NCBI RefSeq assembly: GCF_000485595.1
Contig: NW_014577078.1
Span: forward strand, 152,427 to 216,426
DNA length: 64,000 nt
Origin: Priapulus caudatus
Lineage: Eukaryota
Direction of reading: 5' to 3'
This document shows, one piece after another, positions 52,184 through 64,000 of the stretch. A program made the translations under genes and the position numbers. Each line of letters begins with the position of its first letter. Within the stretch, counting starts at the first letter, position 1. Below the pieces are notes generated by a model, which saw only the letters and a program-made list of their open reading frames with translations, ran no database searches and was not told the origin of the DNA.

Positions 52184-52352
52184 ACGCAGATAAGGTCTAT
52201 GTCCCCCTGACCTCTGTTTGACCTGGCTCGTTTAGCTATTTCTGAATAATATATATATATATAATATATATATAGGGTTAGGGTTTGGGTTAGTTAGAAA
52301 TAGCTAAACGAGCCAGGTCAAACAGAGGTCAGAGGGACATAGACCCTACGAG
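52184..52352. mobile_element. Hairpin MITE with 8-bp TSD and central AGGGTT repeats
   Basis: CTGTACTT at 52176-52183 and 52353-52360; ~50-bp near-perfect arms GGTCTATGTCCC...GCTATTTCT / AGAAATAGC...GGGACATAGACC. Confidence 0.8.
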
Positions 52353-52456
52353 CTGTACTTGCCTCTCACAGACACAGGCACTTGAAGCGTTTCATCTGTA
52401 AACACACGCTGCCGCCATTGCTGCTGCGCTGCAAACTGACACATAAATATATAGTG

Positions 52457-52842
52457 TGTCATAGGTGTGACGCGGAGCTATAGCCTACACACGACGGGGA
52501 GACACACTGCCCACCCACGAACTCGCGCCGAGCCTCGGAGCACACGACTGGGAGAGACATAGACGGCTACAATATTAACCCATAGAATAGCTAAGAGAAG
52601 TTAAACGTGTAATCACCTACGAGGTCACGTAAACGTGACACGAGCAATATATATTATATATATATCTATACGCTATATTTGAGATACGTGCAGTGAACGT
52701 TATTTCTGTTATTCGTATGTGATGAATAAAACCATCAGTTGTATAAAGACTATCTAAGGACTTGCGTTCATTTCACTCTGGGTTTTCCTGCTACTGCATC
52801 ACCGTCCTACCTTCGCGGTAGGAGCAAAAAATGATCCCGACA
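52457..52842 (+). mobile_element. LTR-like segment
   Basis: TGTC...GACA ends, AATAAA at ~52726, CpG-rich; no TSD recognised. Confidence 0.45.
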
Positions 52843-53249
52843 CAAATAAATTACACGTGCTAACCACAGCACGTGTGAAAGTCCAGTGTGGCCACCCCTA
52901 GGGCCACTACAGGATTTTTGGAGAGAATAGCACCCAAAAATCCTGTAGTAGAGTAAAATCACGCTCCCGGGACGCTCATGTCGCAACTCTCTATTTATTG
53001 ACTCTTATTCGTACTCTAACTTATTTGACAGGGTAATAAGCTGGAATTGATTTAATTGTTGTTACTTGTTTGTATAAATGCGTGATTTCCGGGAATCTGT
53101 GCAAACACCATAAAACATGTTCTGATGAACACTTCTCCACAAGGGTGCAAAATTTCGCGTTACCTCTCTGCTCGGTTTTCAAGTTATGGCCATCTGTCTG
53201 CCTAACTCTCCCGGCTATGAGACGAATATAATGCGAGTTGCTTTTTAAA

Positions 53250-53600
53250 ATGCAAGTCAAATGCATACTGCATATATCGCTGCACCCGTCTGGCACCCGG
53301 GCCTTACCAAAGAGCTCTCACGTCAAATTGAATCTGTTCAAGTAAGGGCAGTGAAAATAAGAATAGGTTATAATAATTGGAATAGGTACGGCATGTACGA
53401 TGAGGTACTATCACAGCTTCAAATTCAAAGACAATTGCGTTTCGTCGCGAGCACCTTTGTGAAAATGTTGCTTATCAGCTCAAACGTTGTAAACGATTAC
53501 AGGATATTTGCCCTTCTAATAAACTCCGGCTGGCAAAATTCCCTCGTACCAGCCGGTACTTCAATAGCCCGGGTCCGTACATGTACAGGATGATTAACAA
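53250..53600 (+). mobile_element. L2/CR1-type LINE remnant
   Basis: YIAAPVWHPGLTKELSRQIESVQVRAVKI motif. Confidence 0.6.
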
Positions 53601-54272
53601 ATTGTAAACAGGCACTGAATTTTTTACAATAGCATGGATAATTAGTCTTCTGCTTCCGCCCCTTCATAAACATTTTGGTCTCTTTGAAATAACTCTGCAT
53701 GGGCAACTTTCGGTTATGTGATATGTAATGTTTGATTCTATCGTTGTGTTGCATTTTAATTGTAACTATTTTTGACTAAGGATCACGTTATCTTAAATAT
53801 TGTATATATTCTTAAAGAACATCCATTAAATGAAATTGTATCCTGTATGTAAAAACTGGTTGTGTTTCATGATCAGACCTAAAAACCGTTTTAACAAAAT
53901 TTTGTATTAAAATAATCGTTCATCAAAAATTAAATGAGCCTGTTGTAAAATTATATGCCAAAAATCGCCCTCGGAAGCAAACGATAATTTTTCATAGCGA
54001 TTACATCAGCTTTTAGATTTATCCACCAGGTGGCGCTGTCACACCATATGGCCCGAGCATATAAATCACCTTTGATGATATATTTTGTGATATATATGCT
54101 CTGATATAGCCTAGAGTCCCTTTATGTAGAGAGATTAAATCATCTTCCATAATTTTACCGCGTATCCATACAGCGCTGTACTCGAGCGGCAGCGGTGCGT
54201 GTCCACTTGGAAACAAAATTGCTTCTAATTGCTAGTTGTCCCAACTCTATATGAAGGGACTCTAAACCATTA

Positions 54273-54987
54273 CTATTTACACGATGCGTCTTAGACGTAC
54301 GTCCAGGCCTTGTCAGATTTTCGCATACGTCCTTGACGCAACGGTGAATCTGTTTACACGGTGAGTTTTGTTCGAACGTCCATGACAAGTAGTTCCAGGG
54401 CAGGCCGCCATGGGGAGAACACGTACACGACGGCTGAGGAAAATTGCCATAGTGTTTCTTCTTGTGGCAGGAATTAAGAAAAAATATGCAATTTCGCAAA
54501 GAAGGAGACGAGCTTGGGTGAGACCTTGAATCGCCAGGAGAGACAAACTTGGAGCGTATCATGCACTTCAAACAGAATTGGAGGAGGAAGACCCCGGAAG
54601 CTTCCGAAATTTTGTGAGGATGGACATGGACACTTTTTAAGAACTCCTTGAAAAGGTCACACCAATAATCCAACGCTCTACAACCAATATGAGGGAACCA
54701 ATTTTTGCTGCAGAACGTTTATCTGGGATCCACAGGGGATGCCATGCTGTCAACACTGTTCATTGCGAAGAGGCTTAAGCACGTGACCCAATCTCACCCA
54801 CCTGATTGGTCGGGTTCTTGCATCCTGCTTACGATGTCGCAAGAAATTAGAACATCCGTCTAGTGCATCCGATATCGCAGGGGTCATAACATCGTGTCGT
54901 ACCGCATAGTTTACATGGTGCGTTTTGGACGTATGCGTCTGACTGATGCGACCGACGTACGTCTAGGACGCATCGTGTAAATAGGCC
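54273..54987 (+). mobile_element. PIF/Harbinger deletion derivative
   Basis: TTA flanks; TIR CTATTTACACGATGCGTC / GACGCATCGTGTAAATAGGCC; internal RRRRAWVRP...DPGSFRNFVRMDMDTF*ELLEKVTPIIQRSTTNMREPI, a HARBI1-like N-terminus. Confidence 0.8.
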
Positions 54988-57177
54988 TTAATATGGCCAA
55001 TGCTGCGCGTCCTCTTTACGTGCTCTAATGACTTTTTTGTGGCTTCTGTCGATGTACGATACGTGTCACACATTGGCTGTATAAAATGTCCCTGCATGTT
55101 TTTGGTTAGTTCCCCGAATGTGAAGCATGAGACTAGGCCTACCCCCAAGTAGTTTGGTTCGAATCTGCACTGGAACAGGAACACTGCATGATTGTAACTT
55201 GACGTCTGGTGTGGCATGCGTCTGTAACCAAATAATAACGTTTTCAATATAATGTGTCAATTCTTTATAATTTAATATAACGTATTCTCCTAATGGCCTA
55301 GATGTTAGACAGTATAATTTTACTTTCTTTCACCTGTGGTGTGCGATTCCATCACTCCAACTCCCAGTAATCTTCTCCGGTGTTACAATCCCTTTCGGTG
55401 TGGATGTCGATTTCAATAAAAATTTTGGATGTAGTGATAATTACTACAGAAACTATCCACGAAGAGGACATGCCAAGTCGATAGCGAGATATTCCCGCGA
55501 CCAATCAGGATATATTGTTCGAACTATAGGTGGCTAATGGTTGACTGACTATCTGACATTCGTGACATGCTTGCCGGATTGAAGAAGAAATGCGTACGAT
55601 CATGTGCGTACGCACACGTAGAACATGTCACGCACAACCTTAGTTGGCATTCAAGAAACGTGCGTGCGGTGTACTGATTCTAGACTGAAGCAGCGTTGGG
55701 AAAATCTATAAAAGGTGGGCGGAGCTTACTTTTGGCCAATGGTAGTGAACCTTGCATTGTATATGCCAGGGTCTGTATATAAACGTGCATGAGTTGCTTG
55801 GCACGCGCTCTGCGTTGTGGAGTAATACGCGCATATATTGACATCCATACATTCCACGTTGGGATAAAATATCACTGGTATAATTAAAAAACGATCAGTA
55901 TACTGTTTTAAAATAACATAAAGAACATTCAAGTAATATTAGCATGCTGAATTATACAGTAAATAATAATTACTGACCTAAGTTGACACACATACGTCGC
56001 TGTAACTGCAAAGCACGTCGTATTACTTTACTAGTCGTGCAATAGGCAGTACATCCTCGTCGTACTACACACGTTTAACCGTGCCATATTGTTTTGAACG
56101 TTTGGAAAACCTATATAAATTTTGCACAGGGTGGAGCTAAATAAAAGCTTCCCTACGTTATGACCAAACGTGGTTTACGTAAAACACATCTCAGTGATGT
56201 GCTTTCTCATTTGCATAGCTTCTTGTCTCCGAATATTATGTACACCATCGAGCATATCAAAATGTTCAATTGCAAATTAAAAGAACAAATGATGAAAGAG
56301 GAAGGGAGAGAGAGAGCGCGCGCGAGAGAGAGAATATCTTTTCACACCATCGGATTCTTTCACATATGATATCATACATCGCACCTTTACTAGACAAGAA
56401 CATTTCAACTGAGTATACAACCTCGACGCATACTCAGTTACATCGCATGTCGCCTGATATAAACAGAATCAGCACGACAAATGGGGTTTACACGCATCTT
56501 GCTCATCATATGCAAATTCGCATATCCCGAACTTTCATCAATTATGAGCGACTACTAATCCAGACGTCAGTGGCAATCAGTGCAATGCAACGAGAACAGA
56601 TTATGGCGATATGTGCTTTCCAAAACCCATTTGCCGACGTCGAAGTGGGTCACACGTCATGTCGATTTACATCACGTGAATATTGCACCACATCAGACAC
56701 CGGACATTTTATACATTGGGTGTTGAACGATCGATAACAGTACGGGCACAATTTTACAGCGGCCAATCTTCAACCATTTTCAACAGGTTCAGGGTTACTC
56801 TATCGGAGTTTAGCATTTAAAAATTATAGAAAACTATTTTATGGTTGCTTGATAATTGGTCAATATGAATTGTAGCGTTTTTACGGTATGGGTTTTGTAT
56901 TATGATAGTCAAAGATAACAATTTGTAAAGTGTAGTATTGCAGTTACGTTTATGTTTGAATATTGTGTTTCATCGAAGGTAGACAGAATTTTTTTTTTTC
57001 AATGTTGTCGGAACCTTGAGTTATATATCATTGTGTTCACAAGCCCCCAGTGCCAAATAGTTTTTTGATACAGATATATTGTTATTATCTATTTTAGATA
57101 AATCATCTGCTCAGTTTGAAGACGCTATGACTCATGCACAGATAATAAAAATAGTAATTATTACAGAAACTTCTACT

Positions 57178-57600
57178 CAACCGTGAAATTCAAACGTAGG
57201 CCTACTGCTGAAATTCAAGCGCCCTAACAGGAGGCTTTTTCAAAGCTGACTGACGTTGTCAGATTTGACCACCAGATGGTGTGGTGTTCAACAGCTTCGT
57301 CCACACATGACTGAGTCTGTACCCTTCTCGTCTCGGTTGATGTTCGGGATCTTGCTAATCCAGATGGCTTCCTTAATCCAACGCGTGATTCTTATTGGCG
57401 TGATTCTCCAGGGGTACAGACTCAGTCATGTGTGGGCCAAGCTGTTGACCACTACACCATTTGCTGGTCAAATCTGACAACGTCAGTCAGCTTTGAAAAC
57501 CCTCCTGTTAGGACGCGAAACGTTAGCAGTACGTTTAAATTTCACGGTAGAGTAGAAATCAACCAAGTTAACTCTATTATTAACTAACCAAATGAACTTA
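57178..57600. mobile_element. Penelope-like element end with inverted pseudo-LTR
   Basis: 57180-57325 is the inverted copy of ~57412-57550; the minus strand encodes TRWIKEAIWISKIPNINRDE..YRLSHVW, a GIY-YIG endonuclease C-terminus typical of PLEs. Confidence 0.75.
57490..57527 (+). ncRNA. Degenerate minimal type-I hammerhead ribozyme motif in the Penelope end
   Basis: GCT-TTGAAAA-[CCCTCCT GTT AGGACGC]-GAAA-CGTT-AGC: U3-A8 variant core, stem II 5/7 paired, short stem I. Confidence 0.45.
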
Positions 57601-57758
57601 TTTAAGGAGTAATTATTACAGTAGATGGTAGCAATTTAATTTCAGTAATTATTGTTGTTATGTAAGTAGCGGTGTGATAATATAATTAGTTTGCTATGTT
57701 TGCACAGTTATTGGTATGTTTGTGTGGTGTGTGCCTTGCCTACGTGTGTGTATGCTCG

Positions 57759-58210
<452 letters not shown>

Positions 58211-58639
58211 ACGTGGCGTAGTAGGCCTACAGCCGCATAGCTGACGACTTATCTTGCATTTATTATATTTGCACCGTTACTCTAACGCGGTTGCATTTAT
58301 TATGAACTGTAACATAAACCCCATGAGGTGAGGCATGACACCGATATCCTTGCGCTGTGATGTACGTCTCTTGTCCGTTGTCTGGCATTGTTGTCTAATC
58401 ACTGTCGCCGCATGGGAGTTGGAACGTTCGCTATGTGATACGACGAGCGGTCGCCATTGTTACGCTCACGCGGGCGCTAGTGGAAGCCGGGTAACGCTGA
58501 TACGGCCTGGGCGGAGTAACGTCTTCGCGCATCCGGACATACTAGGTAGGTGTCCACTTATCTGCCATTCATGATTCACCACCCACCCCCCCCCCCCCGC
58601 CCCATCGCACTGACTGTGGGGACCAAAAATGCTTCATGT

Positions 58640-59620
58640 TAATTCAAGTTCGGATCAGGAGTCAGTATGGAAATTTTCTCTATGAGCATTGTTGCTCAAT
58701 TGTGTAAGCATTCGTACTTGCAGCTGGATGCAGAAGCATCACTCAGGTACGGGCAAAGCGCAAGGGATAAAGGGATCATGTCTCTGTCAGCGCTGGTAGC
58801 CAAGTATCGCTATGTGCTAGTTGCATTCAACGAGAGTAGTGGCATTGTTGCAAACGATACTGACTCCTACCTACTACGAATGACGGATGCACATTTCCTT
58901 GTATGTCTTCATGTAGCACAGTTTCTGCTAAGCTATTGCTCGTCAGCCACTAAAACAGTGCCATATTTTGAATCTGATTTGGCCAAAGCGCATGCAGAGG
59001 TTAGGTTGTCCACGCGAGCTATCACCAACGCAAGACCAATTGATATTTGGGACAAACTATATAGGAACGCTCCAACTCCGTGGTAAAAGCAATTGACATT
59101 GTGGAAAAAGCCTCGCACAACATCGTTACATAAGCATCGGTCAAATGTGTCTGCAGAAAAAAAGCAGGTCACGGAGTACCAATGACTACTACAGGATCAA
59201 CGTATTATATGTTTTCATAGACCACGTTGTTTCCGAACAAAACAAAAACAAGATTGGAAGAATCGGAGGACCATTCATGCTTCGGGGCACATCATGGCAC
59301 CGGATGTCCTTGTTCCATGGATACGTAGTTACGTACATACGTGATCTCCTATTACGGAATTAACGTAGTTAGAGGGATGAAATCTTGAAGTGGAATTGAG
59401 AAATGGATGCTTTTGTACAATGATGCGCCATGTAACAGTCGTCCTAGGGATGTAGTTGCAGCCCTCGCAGCTTGTGACGATTAATACTTCCTCGCACAAG
59501 ATTTTCTGCATTTTTCTTACCACACCTTTAGGTAGTGTTACTCGCGAGCGATCTTTTCCCGCCGTCCGTCGCTTTACGCTGTAGATTGGCGCTGATACTG
59601 GATTACAAAAAATGGCATTA
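58640..59620 (+). mobile_element. Decayed hAT transposase C-terminal half
   Basis: FLVCLHVAQFLLS..., YYRINVLYVFIDHVVSE and a dimerisation-domain-like IFLTTPLGSVTRERSFPAVRR (~59505-59575); frameshifted. Confidence 0.7.
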
Positions 59621-59951
59621 TCCACACCCAGTGACTCTAGACTTTGGGATGACAAACTAGAGGATTTTTTTCCCTCACTGACACCTTGGCTGGAAAACTA
59701 TGTTTGTATCTGTGTAAGCTGTATGATGTGTGTTGTATGCTGCACCACCGAGTTCATATGCAAACGACAATTTACTATTTTTAAACTTTACGATTAAATC
59801 ACGAATATTTGAATTTACTATAATTTCAATGCGATTTAAATGAAAATATGCAGTGAAGCCACAGTAAAAATCCCTAATGCATAATATATATATATATATT
59901 TATTTATATATTTATTTATTTATTTATATATTTATTTATTTATATATATAT

Positions 59952-60346
59952 CAGACGTCCCAAGTGTCCCGGTCTCACCGGGATCGTCCCGGTGCGACAT
60001 GCTGGTCCCGGTGCCTCGTTAAGAGTCAAGACAGTCCCGGTCGTAACATTTTCAGCCATATTTTAAAGTTTACATCAGTAAATTACTAAATTTGCTGTGG
60101 TTGTTGATGTACTTTGATTCCAGCGAACAAGAAAAGGCCACAAATGTCAAACACTTTTGTTTTCACAATAAATTTGCATTTTATTTTACATGTATACTTT
60201 ATTTAAAAAAATGGTGGTGCGCCGCAGAAACACATGTCGCAGCCCGCCACAACTTTTTTCCTGTTTTTGCGCACCGCGAAAAAAACGGCGATGGACCATT
60301 ATCACAAGTGATCCCTTTCTTGGATTTTCCCAACTTGGGACCTCTG
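59952..60346. mobile_element. hAT-type MITE inserted in (TA)n
   Basis: CAGACGTCCCAAGT / ACTTGGGACCTCTG TIRs; GTCCCGG subterminal repeats. Confidence 0.75.
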
Positions 60347-60806
60347 TATATATATATATATCAGAAGTAGATAATAGTGAATTATTTCCCTATTATCTAC
60401 TTCTGATATATATACTACGTTTCGTTTAAGCAAACGAAAGTGTCATTCATCTATGAGATGCTTGTGTATGAACGTCAATGTTTTTGTCGCGCACCCAACT
60501 GCCTTTATAATTATTTATAGAGATTTTTATCCGTGTCTGTGTGCAAATGAAAATATATAATACCAGTTTATTTGCTGAATAATTAATCTTTGGATTCATA
60601 TGAGTGTATATGCTGTTTCCACACTATTAAATTGATAGAATCCGAATACGATCCGAAACGATGGCTTTCTAGCGATAGCCAGTAATTCTATGTTAATAAA
60701 CCCGTGTATCTATAATTCATTTACTTACGTGTGTACAGAATTAATCCCCATCTTTTAATTCAATAATTTTTCTAATCCTGCAAGATCAGGCGTCCGATAA
60801 TGTACA

Positions 60807-61238
60807 TTATTCGCTCCACGTGCGTTGAAAGATAGGTTCGTTGCCGACAGTGGTCGAGTGAGCCTTCAAACAATTCACAGGCTGGTTCGGATCAGTACAG
60901 CGACAACAGCGGATGAGATATACCTTCCCGTTATCCTTAACTTTCCTCCACTTGCAGCCGCGGTGATAATGGCGCTCAAAACCATCATAGTCCGGTTGAT
61001 CTGGCGCGATGGTGGCTAGGGCGTGGTCCGTTCTATCCGCGTACTCATCGCATACACAATGGCGCACAAACAGTTTCTCGGGATTCTTAGCACTCTTGTT
61101 GAGTCGACGCCTGGCATAGCGGCACCTGTTGTCAAGGTGTTCCTCTACGCGTGACGGCAGCTTGTGCCCTGGCTTGTCGTCGTCGCTACTGCTCGAGTAG
61201 TCTCTGACGTTACAAACTTCGTTCCTCTGTGCCGCCAT
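60807..61238 (-). CDS. Uncharacterised 143-aa Cys/His-rich protein, probably single-exon
   Basis: Uninterrupted ORF, GC-richer than its flanks; strong Kozak context (ACGACCATGG); AATAAA on the minus strand at 60567-60572. No recognised family. Confidence 0.6.
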   Translation of the reverse strand: MAAQRNEVCNVRDYSSSSDDDKPGHKLPSRVEEHLDNRCRYARRRLNKSAKNPEKLFVRHCVCDEYADRTDHALATIAPDQPDYDGFERHYHRGCKWRKVKDNGKVYLIRCCRCTDPNQPVNCLKAHSTTVGNEPIFQRTWSE

Positions 61239-61964
61239 GGTCGTAGAGTTGTTGGCGCCGTCAATATGCAGTCAGCGTGCGCTTCACTGTTAACGCGATG
61301 CAACGAGCCTGGTAAAGTAATAATATAAAGGGCATTTAGCACGAGCCTTCTAACAACATCATTACTTTGGTTCATCCGCGCATATGTTTGCCATTTACTT
61401 AGTGCATCTTTAAGACCCTATCAAAGTAGTATTAGTGGCTAGGTTGGTGACAAGAAGCGATATCGATTAAATTGCGATCGAAATTATCGAAGTTTCAGGC
61501 ACGTAATATCTAGGTATATTGGTTGTGATGGGACGGTTCCAGAAAATTGGTAGCTGGATATTTGGACAACATCTGGAATGCATGTCTGGACGTTTACGTT
61601 ACGTTTACGGTTACGGAAGTTGACAGCGACAGGTTACAAATACAGAGTATAACCTCTTCAAGGAACCGAAGACCATTCACGTGCGATTGCGACACACCCG
61701 AATTCCTGGAAGTGTCATGTGACCTTGGGATTGAGAAACTGCCTCGGGAGAGGCACACTCTGCAGTACTAACCCTAAGTCCATATGTTTCAGTCATTAGG
61801 TTAACGTCAAGCATAAGCATAGCTTCAACCGCAACATTAAAAATAAACGTAGCTGCATGGCATTTACCCTGACAATACTTTTCTGACTATTTGTAAATTT
61901 TTTATACTGACCAATGCATGATATATTTCACGATTACATTAGATTAATATGGTTTAGGTTATAC

Positions 61965-62005
61965 CATAGATATAGAATAGAAGATATCTGTATTCTATAT
62001 TTATG
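61965..62005. mobile_element. 41-bp mini-element with 7-bp TSD
   Basis: GTTATAC|CATAGATATAGAATA...TATTCTATATTTATG|GTTATAC. Confidence 0.7.
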
Positions 62006-64000
62006 GTTATACTATTTTGTAATGGCGAGTATGCGCCAAGACAGTGCTTGACATAATATGGTGACAAAAATCGATTATGCGTTTAATATTGGGGTATGCC
62101 ACGCGAAGGTTCTATCAACTTTTTTAGCTTTTACTAAGACTTGTGAGCACATACATAGAATGAACATTCAATACACAGTTCGGTAATATATTGAACTAAA
62201 TTAGGAATAAACGAAGAATACCTATTTAACGATCGAAAGACCTTCGCTGTCCTACGCAGTTTGATGATCATCCGCATAAAGCTATGGTCGTCTAAACGAA
62301 GAGCGTTACAACATAGATCTAGCTAGTGCGTGATGTAAATACAGCTATCGCATATCTTGATGGAAGTATACACAGGCAAACGACGTCGCTTAGGTAAGCT
62401 TGAACGCCAGTGTTCTGAAGTCATCGTGACGAGCCGCATAGCTATACTTTTCTTTCACAAGATGGCGATATAGTTTCATAGTATAACAGTATATCAAGAA
62501 GGCGGATTTTCTTCTCCTCGCAATTCACAGCCTTTTCACAAATTATTAAGAACTCATTTTTCACGGTGGAATTTGTTCATCGTTAGTTAGGTAATTCTAT
62601 TGATATCAACGGCTTTTTCGGGAGAAATGGCGTCTCTCTATCGCCCTATAGCGAGTAAGCAACTAACTGCATTGATAACAGAATCCCTGTGTGTACGTGT
62701 GACTGTGTGTGTGCGTGCGAGCGCATGCGCCCTAGCCATTCTCTAAATCCGCATAGAAATCATAGGCATTGACGATGGAAACGTCAGCTGATTTTCCAGG
62801 AGAGTATTTGAAAGATTTTCTTATAAATTTCGTTATTAGGACATACAATTTGCAGTTTAATATCTAAGGAAATGGTCATGGCGATATAAAATTAAAATAA
62901 TGATGAATATACGACCAATATTCACTATTTAAATATACATATTTTAATGTGCCTAAAGCTAGGTTTACACTATGGAAAAGTTTACGAGATGATATCGGCG
63001 CTAACACAGTTTGTTTAAGATAGATTTTCTATTATTCGGTGCGAAAACTAAGATCAGTGTTATTTTAATAATCGGTTATATGCACAACCTAGACGCCCGC
63101 TTGTTGAGCGCTCCAATCGTTTACTGCGACTTTCGGTCGATTAGTTGAAAATTTGATCAGCTCGTCAACTTTTGAACAGAAAGTTGATTGTGTAAACTGC
63201 ATTATTTGTTGTATTTTTAATAACTACTAGTAGAACGAGAATTCTAAGTGTACCTGGATGATACTATGGTCATTAAGTGTTTGCTTACCTTCAAATGAAA
63301 ATCTAAGCAAAATTCTATATTCCGAACAGGTGCATCCTTAACGAAGACATTCCCGCTACGGCCCGGAGAAATTAAAATAATATGAGTATAAAATGCGGTA
63401 TATATTTTTATATCGACGGTAACACAACAGAACGAGTTCATGAGATCACTTTTCTTTTCCCTCAACCTTAAGTGAGTACCGCGTTTTATTGACGAGGAAT
63501 TCTAGCAAAGGAAAAATGTTGAGTACATGATAATGGGCATTATTAGCTTAATTGTTATTCGCCTTTATTTTCCATGATGGCCCATTCTGGGATGAATAAA
63601 TAGTGCCGAATTATCTACCATAATTACATAATACATGGAAATTTATTTATTACAATTTGAAACTACTGTAAGGTAATTAAATCGTCTTGGGTTGATTTTT
63701 TATAGTGGTGGCAGTCGCCTAACGAGGTTTGATCTAGTTTATTTGAATTGTCGCATTTTTATGTAACTTTCAGTTGGAATATGATAATGGAATTTAGATC
63801 AAGCCAAACTATAATTGTTCTAGATAATAATATTCTCATGACGTGATGAACGATCAAAACCTTGCCTTGACCTGCTGTCGGGTCGATTTCGAGCCATAAG
63901 CTCGCGATGACCATTATCTGCCCAGCAGAACACAGGCGCGGCTTTACTATTATATAAATTCCTTTATTGACATCTTACGAATATTCTCTCAAAATATTTA

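Larger units (their letters stand above)
47950..52443 (-). mobile_element. Decayed Ty3/Gypsy retrotransposon (gag-RT-RNaseH-integrase), protease region replaced by a LINE fragment
   Basis: gag LRERLLREAELTL...CRYCGRQH; RT IDAKNGFWH...TPFGRYRWKRMPFG...IADDILVYG; RNaseH LQADASEKG...YAQIEELLAV; integrase RARETIFWPGM...CDVC...PWAKVAADLF; many frameshifts. Confidence 0.9.

Noticed and set aside
61547..61771. 74-aa ORF divergent from the 143-aa gene
   Set aside because: Starts at TTG, no recognisable domain or clear splice context.

Overview
Eukaryotic, AT-rich, intron-containing animal genomic DNA. The repeat content (Helentron-type HINEs, Academ, Penelope, Kolobok) suggests a marine invertebrate, possibly a lophotrochozoan (inference only). 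Two conserved multi-exon genes lie head-to-head: GIPC (PDZ adaptor; 6 coding exons, minus strand, 4518-20529, ~368 aa) and BLZF1/Golgin-45 (5 coding exons identified, plus strand, 30386-37032, ~436 aa). All exons were reconstructed by hand with GT-AG junctions and consistent phases. The rest is a dense, often nested transposon landscape: HINEs, many MITEs with readable TSDs, and decayed hAT, Academ, Harbinger, Gypsy, LINE and Penelope copies. There is one compact Cys/His-rich 143-aa ORF of unknown identity (60807-61238, minus). Most notable: (1) an apparent solo LTR supplies the last codon and stop of BLZF1 while preserving the length of its conserved C-terminal motif; (2) a degenerate minimal hammerhead ribozyme sits in a Penelope end; (3) the unidentified 143-aa gene; (4) two HINE copies are independently nested in GG-ended MITEs. 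No rRNA, tRNA or CRISPR array was found. There is a 10-N gap at 16148-16157. All family assignments come from recalled motifs, not database searches.
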